Position numbers and translations under genes: made by a program. A stretch of 64,000 nt of DNA, taken from Candidatus Brennerbacteria bacterium. GTDB lineage: Bacteria; Patescibacteriota; Minisyncoccia; UBA6257; GWB1-50-10. Every line of letters begins with the position of its first letter. The stretch's first letter is position 1. Shown piece by piece: positions 28,149 through 36,616 of this stretch. Under the pieces are notes generated by a model. It made no database searches, had not been told where the DNA came from, and saw nothing but the letters and a program-made list of their open reading frames with translations. The stretch spans positions 73,013-137,012 of the forward strand of contig JACPEK010000004.1 of assembly GCA_016183535.1 (NCBI GenBank), written 5' to 3'.

Positions 28149-30664
28149 CCGATATTTTTTTCAAGGATCCGCGTTTCACATTTGGCGCCACAGGAGAATT
28201 CTTTGTGCGTCTGTGTTCCATGGTCGGGTATGCCGCGCTCGTTGCGATGACCGCGGCACTCCTCGGTTTTTCAAATGGCCTTTCGCCCCGGGTGCTTGGC
28301 GTGTTGTGCGCTCTCTTCCTTGTTGATCGCCTACTCCACCTGCGAGAAGGGGAACGGGCGCTCGCGGAGTTGAAAGAGGGTCCCGTGAACGTTCGCGAGG
28401 CCCTCACGCCTTCGGCCTATCGCGTATTCCGTCAATCATTCCGCCGCGCATCGGCTACCAGGAAGAGCTTTTCCCTCGTGTTTCTCAAGGAACTGACGCG
28501 CCGTTCCGACATTAAGGAGTCGCTCCGTCGCCTCGGCGTGCAACCCGGCGTGTTCATAAAAACGATAGACGCCGCACTCGCGTCCGAAGAAGGAACGTTC
28601 GGACTATCGAAAGAAGAGCTCGCCAAGGAAACTGCTATGCTCGCGGTGCGAGCGTTCCACGTGGCGCGCGCGACCGAGGAGCGATTCGTGGAGCCGCGGA
28701 ATTTTTTTGCGGCGCTCGCCGCGCATCCGGAAGCTCCCCTCCCGCGCCTTTTCGAGCTCCATAAAATAAGCGCGGAAGATGCGGTGGAAGTCACAATATT
28801 TGGGCGCTTTCAAAAAACTCTTTCCGGCATGCGGCGCCTTCCGGCAGTGCTTGGCGGATTCGCGCATCATACCCGCACGCTTCGCGCGCGCGTAATGAAC
28901 CGTGCGTGGACCGCGCGTCCCACGCCGACTCTCGACCAGTACGGCGTCGATCTCACAAACCTTGCTCACGCCGAACAAGTCGGATTCCTCATTGGACACG
29001 AGCAAGAATTTGAGCATCTCGTCCAGATCCTTGCGCGACCCGGGAAACCAAGCGCACTCCTCATCGGACAACCCGGCATAGGAAAATCCACCATGATTGC
29101 GCATCTCGCTTTCCGCATCATTAAAGATCGCGTGCCCGCAGCGCTTTTCGACAAGCGATTAGTGGCGCTCGATGTGGCGGGAGTGGTGGGAGACGCGGCG
29201 CCCGAGGAAGCGGCGCGCCGCATGAAGACGATTATGGAAGAGATATTAAACGCCGGCAATGTGGTGCTTTCAATCGCGAATGCCCACGAACTTTTCCGTT
29301 CGGCAAAATTCTTAGGCGCGCCCGCATCGGTGGGCATAGATCCCATCGGTATACTACTACCGATATTGCGGAGCGAGGCGATTCCCGTCATCGCGGAGAC
29401 CTATCCGGTTGAATTCACGCGGGTAATCGAGCCGCAGTCTCAATTTATGGAACAGTTTGAAATGGTAGAGGTTCAGGAAATCACTTCCGCGGAGGCGGTT
29501 CGATTTTTGTCATACGCATCGCTTTTTCTCGAGCGGGAGTTTCGCGTCACAGTGACGTTTCGAGCGGTGCGAAAGGCGGTGGAACTCGCCCAACGCTATT
29601 TTCGGCCACGCGTGCTCCCTGGAAGCGCGCTCGATCTTTTGAAGGAGGCACTTGTGAAAACACAGGAGGAGGGTGGGAAACAACTCACCGAATCGCACGT
29701 GATTGCGGTCGCCGAACGGCAAAGCAAGGTGCCGATCGCGGCGGCGGGGGAAAATGAGGCGGAGAAACTTCTCAACCTCGAATCAGTGATCCACGAGCGC
29801 CTCGTGAACCAGGAAGCGGCGGTTACGGCGGTTGCCCGCGCGCTTCGCGAGTACCGGAGCGGGCTCGCCCGCCACGGCGGCCCCATCGCCGCCTTTCTCT
29901 TTGTGGGGCCGACCGGCGTGGGGAAGACGGAGCTCGCGAAAATTCTTTCGAAAGTTCAGTTTGGATCGTCGAATGCGATGCATCGTTTTGATATGTCGGA
30001 ATACCAGACGAAAGATTCTATCGCGCGGTTTCTGGGAAACTCCGACGGATCGGGCGGTCAGGCGCTTACCGATGCGGTGCGCGCGGCGCCATATTCGCTT
30101 ATCCTCCTTGATGAGTTCGAGAAGGCCCATCCGGACATTTTAAATTTGTTCCTGCAGGTGTTCGACGACGGGCGCCTCACCGACGCCTTGGGGCGCGTCG
30201 CGGACTTCACGAACACCATTATTATCGCCACTTCGAATGCCCATTCCGATTTCATCAAAGAGGAGATTGAGAAGGGAAGAAAAAGCGAAGATATCGCAGA
30301 AGAGCTCAAGAAGCGTCTCACCTCCTATTTCAAGCCGGAACTCCTGAATCGATTTTCGAGCATCTCCGTGTTTCGGAATCTGAATCGCGGAGAAATCGAA
30401 GTTATCGCCGGTTTTGTTCTCGGCGAGGTCGTTGGCGCGCTCCGCGAAGCGCATGAGGTTGAGCTCGCGATCGCAAAGAGCGCAACCGCGCAGATCGCCG
30501 CGCTTGGGTGGAGTCCCGCGTTCGGCGCGCGCCCGCTCCGTCAGGCCGTTTCGGAACACGTGCGGGGTCCCTTAGCGGAGAAGATATTGAGGCGGGAGTT
30601 TGTGAGGGGGCAGAGATACTCGCTTGCGTTCGAGGGCGGAGCATTCGTGTTTCGTAATATATGA
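28145..30664 (+). CDS. ClpA/ClpC-like AAA+ ATPase with N-terminal TM segments
   Basis: D1 'GQPGIGKS'; D2 'FVGPTGVGKTELAK', 'LLDEFEKAHP', 'FKPELLNRF', 'FGARPLR'; start ATG 28145. Confidence 0.9.
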   Translation: MTDIFFKDPRFTFGATGEFFVRLCSMVGYAALVAMTAALLGFSNGLSPRVLGVLCALFLVDRLLHLREGERALAELKEGPVNVREALTPSAYRVFRQSFRRASATRKSFSLVFLKELTRRSDIKESLRRLGVQPGVFIKTIDAALASEEGTFGLSKEELAKETAMLAVRAFHVARATEERFVEPRNFFAALAAHPEAPLPRLFELHKISAEDAVEVTIFGRFQKTLSGMRRLPAVLGGFAHHTRTLRARVMNRAWTARPTPTLDQYGVDLTNLAHAEQVGFLIGHEQEFEHLVQILARPGKPSALLIGQPGIGKSTMIAHLAFRIIKDRVPAALFDKRLVALDVAGVVGDAAPEEAARRMKTIMEEILNAGNVVLSIANAHELFRSAKFLGAPASVGIDPIGILLPILRSEAIPVIAETYPVEFTRVIEPQSQFMEQFEMVEVQEITSAEAVRFLSYASLFLEREFRVTVTFRAVRKAVELAQRYFRPRVLPGSALDLLKEALVKTQEEGGKQLTESHVIAVAERQSKVPIAAAGENEAEKLLNLESVIHERLVNQEAAVTAVARALREYRSGLARHGGPIAAFLFVGPTGVGKTELAKILSKVQFGSSNAMHRFDMSEYQTKDSIARFLGNSDGSGGQALTDAVRAAPYSLILLDEFEKAHPDILNLFLQVFDDGRLTDALGRVADFTNTIIIATSNAHSDFIKEEIEKGRKSEDIAEELKKRLTSYFKPELLNRFSSISVFRNLNRGEIEVIAGFVLGEVVGALREAHEVELAIAKSATAQIAALGWSPAFGARPLRQAVSEHVRGPLAEKILRREFVRGQRYSLAFEGGAFVFRNI

Positions 30665-31230
30665 ATGAAGAAAAGTGCGAGGTATCCGCGGGAATGATCA
30701 TCTACCGGCGCACGAAGGAGGGGCCGAAATTCCTCCTCCTCTACCATGGCGGATCGTATTGGAATTTTCCGAAAGGAAAACTCAACGAAGGCGAGAAAAA
30801 TTTTAAGGCGGCGCTTCGCGAGGTGGAGGAAGAGACGGGATTGTCCGGGTGGGATCTCCACTTCAATGATCGGCTTCGCGTGGAAGATCATTTTACCTAT
30901 GTGCGGAACCGTGAGAAAATAAACAAAACCGTTACGTACTACCTCGCGGAAACCAAGCGCGCGGAAGTGAGAGTAAAAGCGCCGCCACCGCACCACGAGG
31001 GAGAACGGCACGAGGGATATGCATGGTTTTTATTTCGGGACGCTCTCAAAATCGTACGAACGCCAAACCTTAAGCGTCACTTAACGCGCGCATATGAAAC
31101 CGTCATTCACCGAAAAAGTTTTCGCGGCGGCAAGAAAAATTCCCCGCGGACAAGTCGCGACCTACGCGGCGCTCGCGCGCCGTCTTCGGAATCCGCACGC
31201 CGCCCGCGCAGTGGGGAACGCGCTCAATAA
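30661..31230 (+). CDS. NUDIX hydrolase (Ap4A hydrolase-like)
   Basis: Nudix box 'WNFPKGKLNEGEKNFKAALREVEEETGL'. Confidence 0.9.
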   Translation: MNEEKCEVSAGMIIYRRTKEGPKFLLLYHGGSYWNFPKGKLNEGEKNFKAALREVEEETGLSGWDLHFNDRLRVEDHFTYVRNREKINKTVTYYLAETKRAEVRVKAPPPHHEGERHEGYAWFLFRDALKIVRTPNLKRHLTRAYETVIHRKSFRGGKKNSPRTSRDLRGARAPSSESARRPRSGERAQ

Positions 31231-31417
31231 AAGTCCCGGCATGGCGCCTCACTTGGCGGCCCGTCACCGGGTACCTTGCCATCGCGTGGTGCGTTCGGAC
31301 GGCTCGGTCGGCGGGTTTGCGAGCGGGACGATGGCCAAAATCGCGCTTCTCAAGAAAGAAGGAGTCGGGGTGGAGAAAGGAAAGGTGGATTTAAAAAAGT
31401 TCAGGAACCGAATCTAA
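31094..31417 (+). CDS. MGMT/O6-alkylguanine alkyltransferase family protein
   Basis: 'IPRGQVATYAALA..AARAVGNAL', active site 'VPCHRVV'. Confidence 0.9.
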   Translation: MKPSFTEKVFAAARKIPRGQVATYAALARRLRNPHAARAVGNALNKSPGMAPHLAARHRVPCHRVVRSDGSVGGFASGTMAKIALLKKEGVGVEKGKVDLKKFRNRI

Positions 31418-31447
31418 AATCCCGCCGGTCCATGGACCGGCGGGATT
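31418..31447. terminator. Bidirectional terminator (perfect 30-bp palindrome)
   Basis: AATCCCGCCGGTC-CATG-GACCGGCGGGATT between the convergent MGMT and rplT genes. Confidence 0.75.
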
Positions 31448-31451
31448 GTTG

Positions 31452-31796
31452 TTACTTTACGGACTCGACCACCTTCTTGAATACCGTCGGATAATCCTTT
31501 GCAAGCATCGAGAGTATCTTTCGGTCGAGTTTTATCTCTTTCTTCTTGAGCGCGCTTATGAGCGTGCCGTAGGTCATGCCGGACTCCCGCGCCGCCGCGT
31601 TTATCCTGACGTTCCAAAGCGCGCGATACTCACGCTTCTTTTCTTTCCGGCCACGGAAACTGCGGCTCCACGCATGGAGAAGTGCCTCCTTTGCCGCGCG
31701 TTCCTTCGACTTCCTGCCCCACCGGAATCCTTTCGTGTGTTTGAGGACGCGTTCGCGTTTTTTGTGGGCAATAGTGCCCCGCTTTACCCGTGTCAT
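31452..31796 (-). CDS. rplT: 50S ribosomal protein L20
   Basis: 'MTRVKRGTIAHKKR', 'RKEKKREYRALWNVRINAA', 'LDRKILS'. Confidence 0.97.
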   Translation of the reverse strand: MTRVKRGTIAHKKRERVLKHTKGFRWGRKSKERAAKEALLHAWSRSFRGRKEKKREYRALWNVRINAAARESGMTYGTLISALKKKEIKLDRKILSMLAKDYPTVFKKVVESVK

Positions 31797-31799
31797 GGT

Positions 31800-31976
31800 T
31801 TAAAAATATTTTTTTACGATCTTAGCACCGTCGTCCAATCCTCGCGCGCGCTTCTTTCTCTGGAGTTGGGTCGCGCTTTTGTTTCCGCGTGAGTGGCTAA
31901 GCGCCATCGCGCGGCGCATCACTTTTCCGCGCTTGGTTATTTTGATCCGATTCCTTACGCTTTTTCTTGTCTTCAT
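31800..31976 (-). CDS. rpmI: 50S ribosomal protein L35
   Basis: 'MKTRKSVRNRIKITKRGKVMRR..H'; between infC and rplT. Confidence 0.9.
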   Translation of the reverse strand: MKTRKSVRNRIKITKRGKVMRRAMALSHSRGNKSATQLQRKKRARGLDDGAKIVKKYF

Positions 31977-32043
31977 ATTACTAATATGCACGAATGCGTC
32001 CACAAATAGCTCTCATTTGAGCTTATTCGTACTCTCATTCGTC

Positions 32044-32562
32044 TCATTTGTGCTTTGCACTCTTTTCTATCTGCATTACGAATCCGCGCCCCGCGAATTT
32101 CGGTTCCATCGTGACGGCATGGGGGACGGGTATCATAAGAAGAAATGCTTTGAGTTTTTCAAGCCCCCACTCCTTTTTCCCCTTCTCCCTGCCGCGGAGG
32201 AATACCATAATCTCAACCTTGTGTCCCTCTTCGAGAAGCTCCGCCGCTTTCTTCGCCTTTACCCCAAGGTCGTTTTTTGCCGCCCGCGGTGTAATGCGCA
32301 CATGCTTCAATTCGACCACTTTCTCCGCTTGCCGTTGTTTTTTCTCCTCTTTTTCCTTTTGATACCGGAACTTGTCGTAGGAAAAAATGCGGGCGACGGG
32401 GGGAGTGGCGGTCGGTACGACCTCAATGAGGTCGTATCCCGTTTCGGTGGCCCTCTTCAACGCTTCCCCGAACGAAAGTACGCCGAGATTCTTCCCGTCC
32501 GCGTCGATCACCCGTAGCTCCCGCGCGGTTATTTGATTGTTGATGCGATAGCGGATGGAGAT
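32044..32562 (-). CDS. infC: Translation initiation factor IF-3 (non-AUG start inferred)
   Basis: 'RINNQITARELRVIDADGKNLG', 'PPVARIFSYDKFRY', 'FLRGRE'. The frame continues upstream of the track start with no nearby ATG; ATC 32562 or ATT 32592 are plausible starts. Confidence 0.92.
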   Translation of the reverse strand: MSIRYRINNQITARELRVIDADGKNLGVLSFGEALKRATETGYDLIEVVPTATPPVARIFSYDKFRYQKEKEEKKQRQAEKVVELKHVRITPRAAKNDLGVKAKKAAELLEEGHKVEIMVFLRGREKGKKEWGLEKLKAFLLMIPVPHAVTMEPKFAGRGFVMQIEKSAKHK

Positions 32563-32600
32563 ATGGTAGAGCAGAGCGTGTAAAAAGTAAATGGCCGTCC

Positions 32601-32738
32601 AAAAAAGAAAGGCGCTACCGATTTGTGGTGCGCCTTCTAAATTAAGGAAACTTCTCGCCGGATTTATGTCCGGCTCGCTCCGGGCTTTTCAAGCCCGGTT
32701 AGTTTTCTTTTCTCAAAGAATCTAGGATTACTATACCA
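32601..32738 (-). promoter_or_regulatory. Structured leader of infC-rpmI-rplT (candidate L20-type attenuator)
   Basis: TGGTATAGT -10 (32730-32738), two GC hairpins, then a terminator-like hairpin plus U-tract just upstream of infC. Confidence 0.45.
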
Positions 32739-32744
32739 CAATCG

Positions 32745-33428
32745 CTAGTTTTCCGCTGTGGAAAACTTGTGGATTTCGTATCTTGCGAGGAGTGATGAAA
32801 TTTCCCTTTTTACTTCTTTGAAAACCTCTTCGGGAGACAGAGCTCCGTCTACCACCGCGATTTTTTTTCTGAAGGGCCAAAGATTCGCGGCATCAAGATA
32901 GTTCAGACGTACCGTCCGGAGTGTTTCTACTTTCTCAAAGTCCTCTGTTTTACTTCCCCGCAGTTCGACGATGCGGCGCATCGCTTCTTCAGCGGGGAGA
33001 TCAAGGAGAATGGTAAGGTCGGGCCAGATCATCTGCGGACCAACCACGTCCTGGTGGAGTTTTATAAAACTTTCCGGTTTTCGCGCGGCGAGCATACCGT
33101 AAGCAATAGTCGAGAGCGCATAGCGCTCCATAATGCATACCGCAGGTTGCTCCACACTCCCATTTTTGGCGAAAAACGGTTTTATGAAGCAGGCAACGTC
33201 CTCGGCTCGCTGGAGCACGTAGAGGCGCTGGAACTCGAACGGATGCGGTTTTGGAATTTCTCCCTTTAGCATCTTCCGTATCGTTTTTCCGAGGTATGTG
33301 TTATCGTTCGGCTCGCTCAAAAAGAGCGTGTGTGCGGAAAATCCGGCAAGCCACCGCTCGACCATGCTCGCTTGGGTGAGCTTTCCGGCGCCATCAATTC
33401 CTTCAAACGCGATAAGCAGGGGTTTCAT
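32745..33428 (-). CDS. tmk: Thymidylate kinase
   Basis: 'IAFEGIDGAGK', 'SEP', 'ERYALSTIAYG', 'PDLTILLD..EEAMRRI'; SD AAGGAGG. Confidence 0.9.
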   Translation of the reverse strand: MKPLLIAFEGIDGAGKLTQASMVERWLAGFSAHTLFLSEPNDNTYLGKTIRKMLKGEIPKPHPFEFQRLYVLQRAEDVACFIKPFFAKNGSVEQPAVCIMERYALSTIAYGMLAARKPESFIKLHQDVVGPQMIWPDLTILLDLPAEEAMRRIVELRGSKTEDFEKVETLRTVRLNYLDAANLWPFRKKIAVVDGALSPEEVFKEVKREISSLLARYEIHKFSTAEN

Positions 33429-33485
33429 TTTTTCCTCCTTTAGGATTTTTAGTTAAACAAACTCTCTCTGTTCTAGCGGAGAACG

Positions 33486-33515
33486 CAAAAAGCCGCAAGT
33501 TCACAATCTTGCGGC
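33486..33515 (-). terminator. Terminator downstream of ssrA
   Basis: GCCGCAAG/CTTGCGGC stem followed by TTTTT on the minus strand. Confidence 0.65.
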
Positions 33516-33529
33516 GGGGCGTTTTTGTG

Positions 33530-33849
33530 TGGTGGACATGCCCGGAGTTGAACCGGGGTGTAACGCGTTTTAAGAAAAGCCCTCTACAAGCTTAGATCTC
33601 TTACGAGAACGAACGGTTCGTAATTTGGCCTTTGGCTACTGAACCTGCCTTACCGAAGGCGAGCCTCAAATATTACACCGGTAAACCCCTATGAAGCCTC
33701 GGGAACCGATGTCCTACTTACGCGAAAGCGTAGGCGGGAGCTGCAACTTTAGAGTTGGCAGTTTTAGGTTTGACCATGGATTTACGAGCGAATGGTCGGC
33801 TCGGCCTGCAAGCTAATCCTATTACACGCTATCAAGGCCCGTCATGCCC
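33530..33849 (-). ncRNA. ssrA: tmRNA
   Basis: 5' GGGCATG pairs with 3' CATGTCC-ACCA (G3.U70); T-arm CCCGG-TTCAACT-CCGGG; resume context TAAAACT-GCC; tag ANSKVAAPAYAFA* (33718-33759); downstream of smpB. Confidence 0.93.
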
Positions 33850-33892
33850 TGCCCGCATTGCTACGCTGCGCTTGCAAAGCGTTGCAGGCGGG
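33848..33892. repeat. REP-like palindromic repeat ('PARIATQSVAGG' family)
   Basis: CCTGCCCGCATTGCTACGC[TGCGCTTGC]AAAGCGTTGCAGGCGGG; identical to ileS 43510-43545 apart from a 9-nt insertion. Confidence 0.85.
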
Positions 33893-33922
33893 CCTGCGAA
33901 CTTTGCTACGAGCGTATTGCGG

Positions 33923-34168
33923 TTATTCTTCACTTATTCTTCTTTTTAAATATGCCCTTCCGAAACCTGTCTTTAGTGATTTCTCCCGCGCAACCGCGTC
34001 TTCCATCACATTACAGGCTTCGTAGTAAACTAGCTTAAATGGCCGCCGCGTCTTCGTTGAATTCACTAGCCCGCGGTTGTGCTCTTTAAGCCTTTTCTTA
34101 AGGTCAGCGGTAAAGCCGATGTAGAGCTTTCCGTCTTTCGCACTTTTCAGCACGTAGACGTAATACAT
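33923..34168 (-). CDS. Small GIY-YIG nuclease family protein
   Basis: 'MYYVYVLKS..LYIGFTADLKKRLKEHNRG..TK.RRP..LVYYE..AREKSLK'. Confidence 0.92.
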   Translation of the reverse strand: MYYVYVLKSAKDGKLYIGFTADLKKRLKEHNRGLVNSTKTRRPFKLVYYEACNVMEDAVAREKSLKTGFGRAYLKRRISEE

Positions 34169-34169
34169 A

Positions 34170-34604
34170 TTAACCAGCTCTCCTCATCTCTCGCTCCGTT
34201 TCCCGCTTTTTAATGACCTCGCGCTTGTCGTGCTTCTTTCTCACTCTCCCGAGACCCAACTCAATTTTTACAAGCGCGCGGTGAGTATACACCTTCACAG
34301 GGACAAGCGTCAAACCACTTTCGAGTTTTCCCGTCAAGTATTTGATTTCGGCGTGCGAAAGAAGTAGTTTTCGCGTCCGGGTGGCGTCATACCCGTCGGG
34401 CGCGTTCCCGGGCTGGAATGAGTGAATAGAGGCCCCTACGAGGTATGCCTCGCCACCCCGCACCACGGCGCGGGACCCCGCGAGGTCCATCCGGCCAAGC
34501 TTTGCGGACTTCGTCTCGTGACCCGTCAAAACCACGCCCGCGGCATATGTTTCCGCAATGTCGTAGTCAAACCGCGCCTGCCTGTTTTCCGATAGCGTTC
34601 CCAT
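34170..34604 (-). CDS. smpB: SsrA-binding protein SmpB
   Basis: 'ENRQARFDY..AGVVLTGHETKS', 'RTRKLLL', 'TLVP', 'KKHDKREVIK'. Confidence 0.96.
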   Translation of the reverse strand: MGTLSENRQARFDYDIAETYAAGVVLTGHETKSAKLGRMDLAGSRAVVRGGEAYLVGASIHSFQPGNAPDGYDATRTRKLLLSHAEIKYLTGKLESGLTLVPVKVYTHRALVKIELGLGRVRKKHDKREVIKKRETEREMRRAG

Positions 34605-34653
34605 ACGATTTCAGCGTATCACACGCCGAAGCCATTTTCCTTATACTGAAGCT

Positions 34654-35310
34654 ATGATTGGAATACCACTAAAGACACTCAAAGTACTTATAGCTCTTAA
34701 TCCCGCGTCCATCGCGCTCACCGGTTCTGCGGGTGGCGGGGAAATGGGGAAGCGTAGCGATGTGGAGGTGGCGATCATCTTTCAAGATAGGAACTATGTA
34801 TCACGCCAAGCCCTTCAACGGTTTACATCACACAAACTGAAAATCTATCCATTCCGTTTGCGGGAGGTACTTACGCTTCGTGCTAAACATCCATTCGCCA
34901 ACAAATTCTACTTTTGGTGGCTTTCCCGCAATTCAAAGACCGTGTACGGGGAGAAGATACTGGAGAATTTGCGGGTGAATTTACACGCAAAAGATTTTAA
35001 TGAAACCATTGATTACGCGCGAGGTGTGGCACTATCAGCTATGGTCTCGCTCCGTAATAAAGACAAGGAAACAGCGAGATGGGGGTTTGCGAAGTCCTGC
35101 CTTTTCGCGACTGCCGCCGCCGTGGGGATGAAAAGAAAGTGTACCCCCAGTTCCTATCGGGAAATCGTGAAAATGGGAGGTGTGGTATTTCCGCGCTGGA
35201 AGCATCTCATACGGAAGGCGGAGAACATGCGGCGTGGGAAGGGGACACTTAGCGAGCAGGATATTTTTGATAACATTGAATACCTCCACTCCATACGGAT
35301 GAGCTTGTAG
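34654..35310 (+). CDS. Pol-beta-superfamily nucleotidyltransferase domain protein
   Basis: 'IALTGSAGGGE...SDVEVAII' GS/DxE motif; helical C-terminal domain; stop codon lies inside the tmRNA 3' copy. Confidence 0.65.
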   Translation: MIGIPLKTLKVLIALNPASIALTGSAGGGEMGKRSDVEVAIIFQDRNYVSRQALQRFTSHKLKIYPFRLREVLTLRAKHPFANKFYFWWLSRNSKTVYGEKILENLRVNLHAKDFNETIDYARGVALSAMVSLRNKDKETARWGFAKSCLFATAAAVGMKRKCTPSSYREIVKMGGVVFPRWKHLIRKAENMRRGKGTLSEQDIFDNIEYLHSIRMSL

Positions 35311-35364
35311 AGGGCTTTTCTTAAAACGCGTTACACTCCGGTTCAACTCCGGACATGTCCACCA
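35302..35364 (+). repeat. Inverted copy of the tmRNA 3' 63 nt (att-like site)
   Basis: 61/63 identical to the reverse complement of 33530-33592; ends CATGTCCACCA. Confidence 0.95.
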
Positions 35365-35382
35365 AACAACTATAATTAAGAC

Positions 35383-36438
35383 ATGGCGCAGATTAAAGTT
35401 GCTATTGTTGGCGTCGGTAACTGTGCGAAAAGCTTTGTAGAAGGCGTGGGGTTCTATACCAAGAACTCGAGCGACGAGGTTGGCTTGATGCATCCCGAAA
35501 TTGGTGGCTATCGCCCTTCCGACATTAACGTTGTGGCCGCGTTCGATATCGATGAAAGGAAGGTCGGAAAGAAACTCCACGAAGCAATTCGCGCTACTCC
35601 CAATAGAACCGTCAAAATCGCGGACCCTCTAGAGTCAAACGTGATGGTGCAAAGAGGCCCAACGCACGACAGCGTTATTGAGGAGATGCGAGAGCATTTT
35701 ATCCATGAGAGCAAAGAGCCGCCGGTGGACGTTGCGGAAGTACTGAAAACTTCGGGTGCTGAAATCGTAGTGAGCTACCTCCCCACTGGGAGCGACAAAG
35801 CCACCTACGCCTATGCGGAGGCTGCCCTTGCGGCGAATTGCAGCTTTATAAACTGCATGCCGACGCCTATCGCGAAGGATCAAAGCTGGAGGAAGAGATT
35901 TGAAGAGAAGGGACTGGTGCTGATGGGTGATGACATTAAAAGCCAGCTCGGCGCGACCATTCTCAACCGTGTCCTTCTCTCGCTTCTCAAAATGAGGGGA
36001 ATCAAGGTCACAAAGTCAGAGCAGGTGAACTACGGAGGGAACGCGGACCACTTCAATCTCCACTATCGGCCGGAGGCGAAGGAGGCATCCAAGGAAGATG
36101 CGCTGACGAGTGTGCTCAGCGAGGGCGATGCAAAGCCGTCGGCGCGGATGATATATACCGAGAAGAACTATGACCACAAGCAAGCGAAAATAAAGATTAC
36201 GGGAGAAATATGGGGGCACATTCCCATATCTATTGACCTCGCCCTTGAAGATGAGGACAGCCCGAATAGTGCGGGCGTGGTCATTGACGCAATCCGCGCG
36301 GCAAAGGCGCTCATTGATAACGGAGAACATGCGAAAGCAGGAGAAGCCTGTTCGTTTTTAATGAAATCCCCGCCAGTCCAATACTCTGACGAAAAAGCGC
36401 TTGAGAGATTTAGAAAAGTAATTGGGTTGGCGACGTGA
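35383..36438 (+). CDS. ino1: myo-inositol-1-phosphate synthase
   Basis: 'VAIVGVGNCA', 'AAFDIDERKVG', 'SYLPTGS', 'GDDIKSQLGAT', 'NYGGNAD', 'DSPNSAGVVIDAIR'. Confidence 0.93.
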   Translation: MAQIKVAIVGVGNCAKSFVEGVGFYTKNSSDEVGLMHPEIGGYRPSDINVVAAFDIDERKVGKKLHEAIRATPNRTVKIADPLESNVMVQRGPTHDSVIEEMREHFIHESKEPPVDVAEVLKTSGAEIVVSYLPTGSDKATYAYAEAALAANCSFINCMPTPIAKDQSWRKRFEEKGLVLMGDDIKSQLGATILNRVLLSLLKMRGIKVTKSEQVNYGGNADHFNLHYRPEAKEASKEDALTSVLSEGDAKPSARMIYTEKNYDHKQAKIKITGEIWGHIPISIDLALEDEDSPNSAGVVIDAIRAAKALIDNGEHAKAGEACSFLMKSPPVQYSDEKALERFRKVIGLAT

Positions 36439-36455
36439 AACTCCACCATGTCCAT

Positions 36456-36492
36456 AAGCTAAAAACCGCTCTAGAAAAGTGGTTTTTAGCTT
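36456..36492. terminator. Terminator after ino1
   Basis: AAGCTAAAAACCGCT-CTAGAAA-AGTGGTTTTTAGCTT. Confidence 0.65.
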
Positions 36493-36616
36493 GAGAACAA
36501 TGCATATTATTGACATATGTATACATTTGTATTACATTGGACAATCCACAGGTAATACAGAACTGTTCTATCCGTATAGTTTATACTGTAGGTAGTAGTT
36601 AGTAGTTGAAGGCAGG

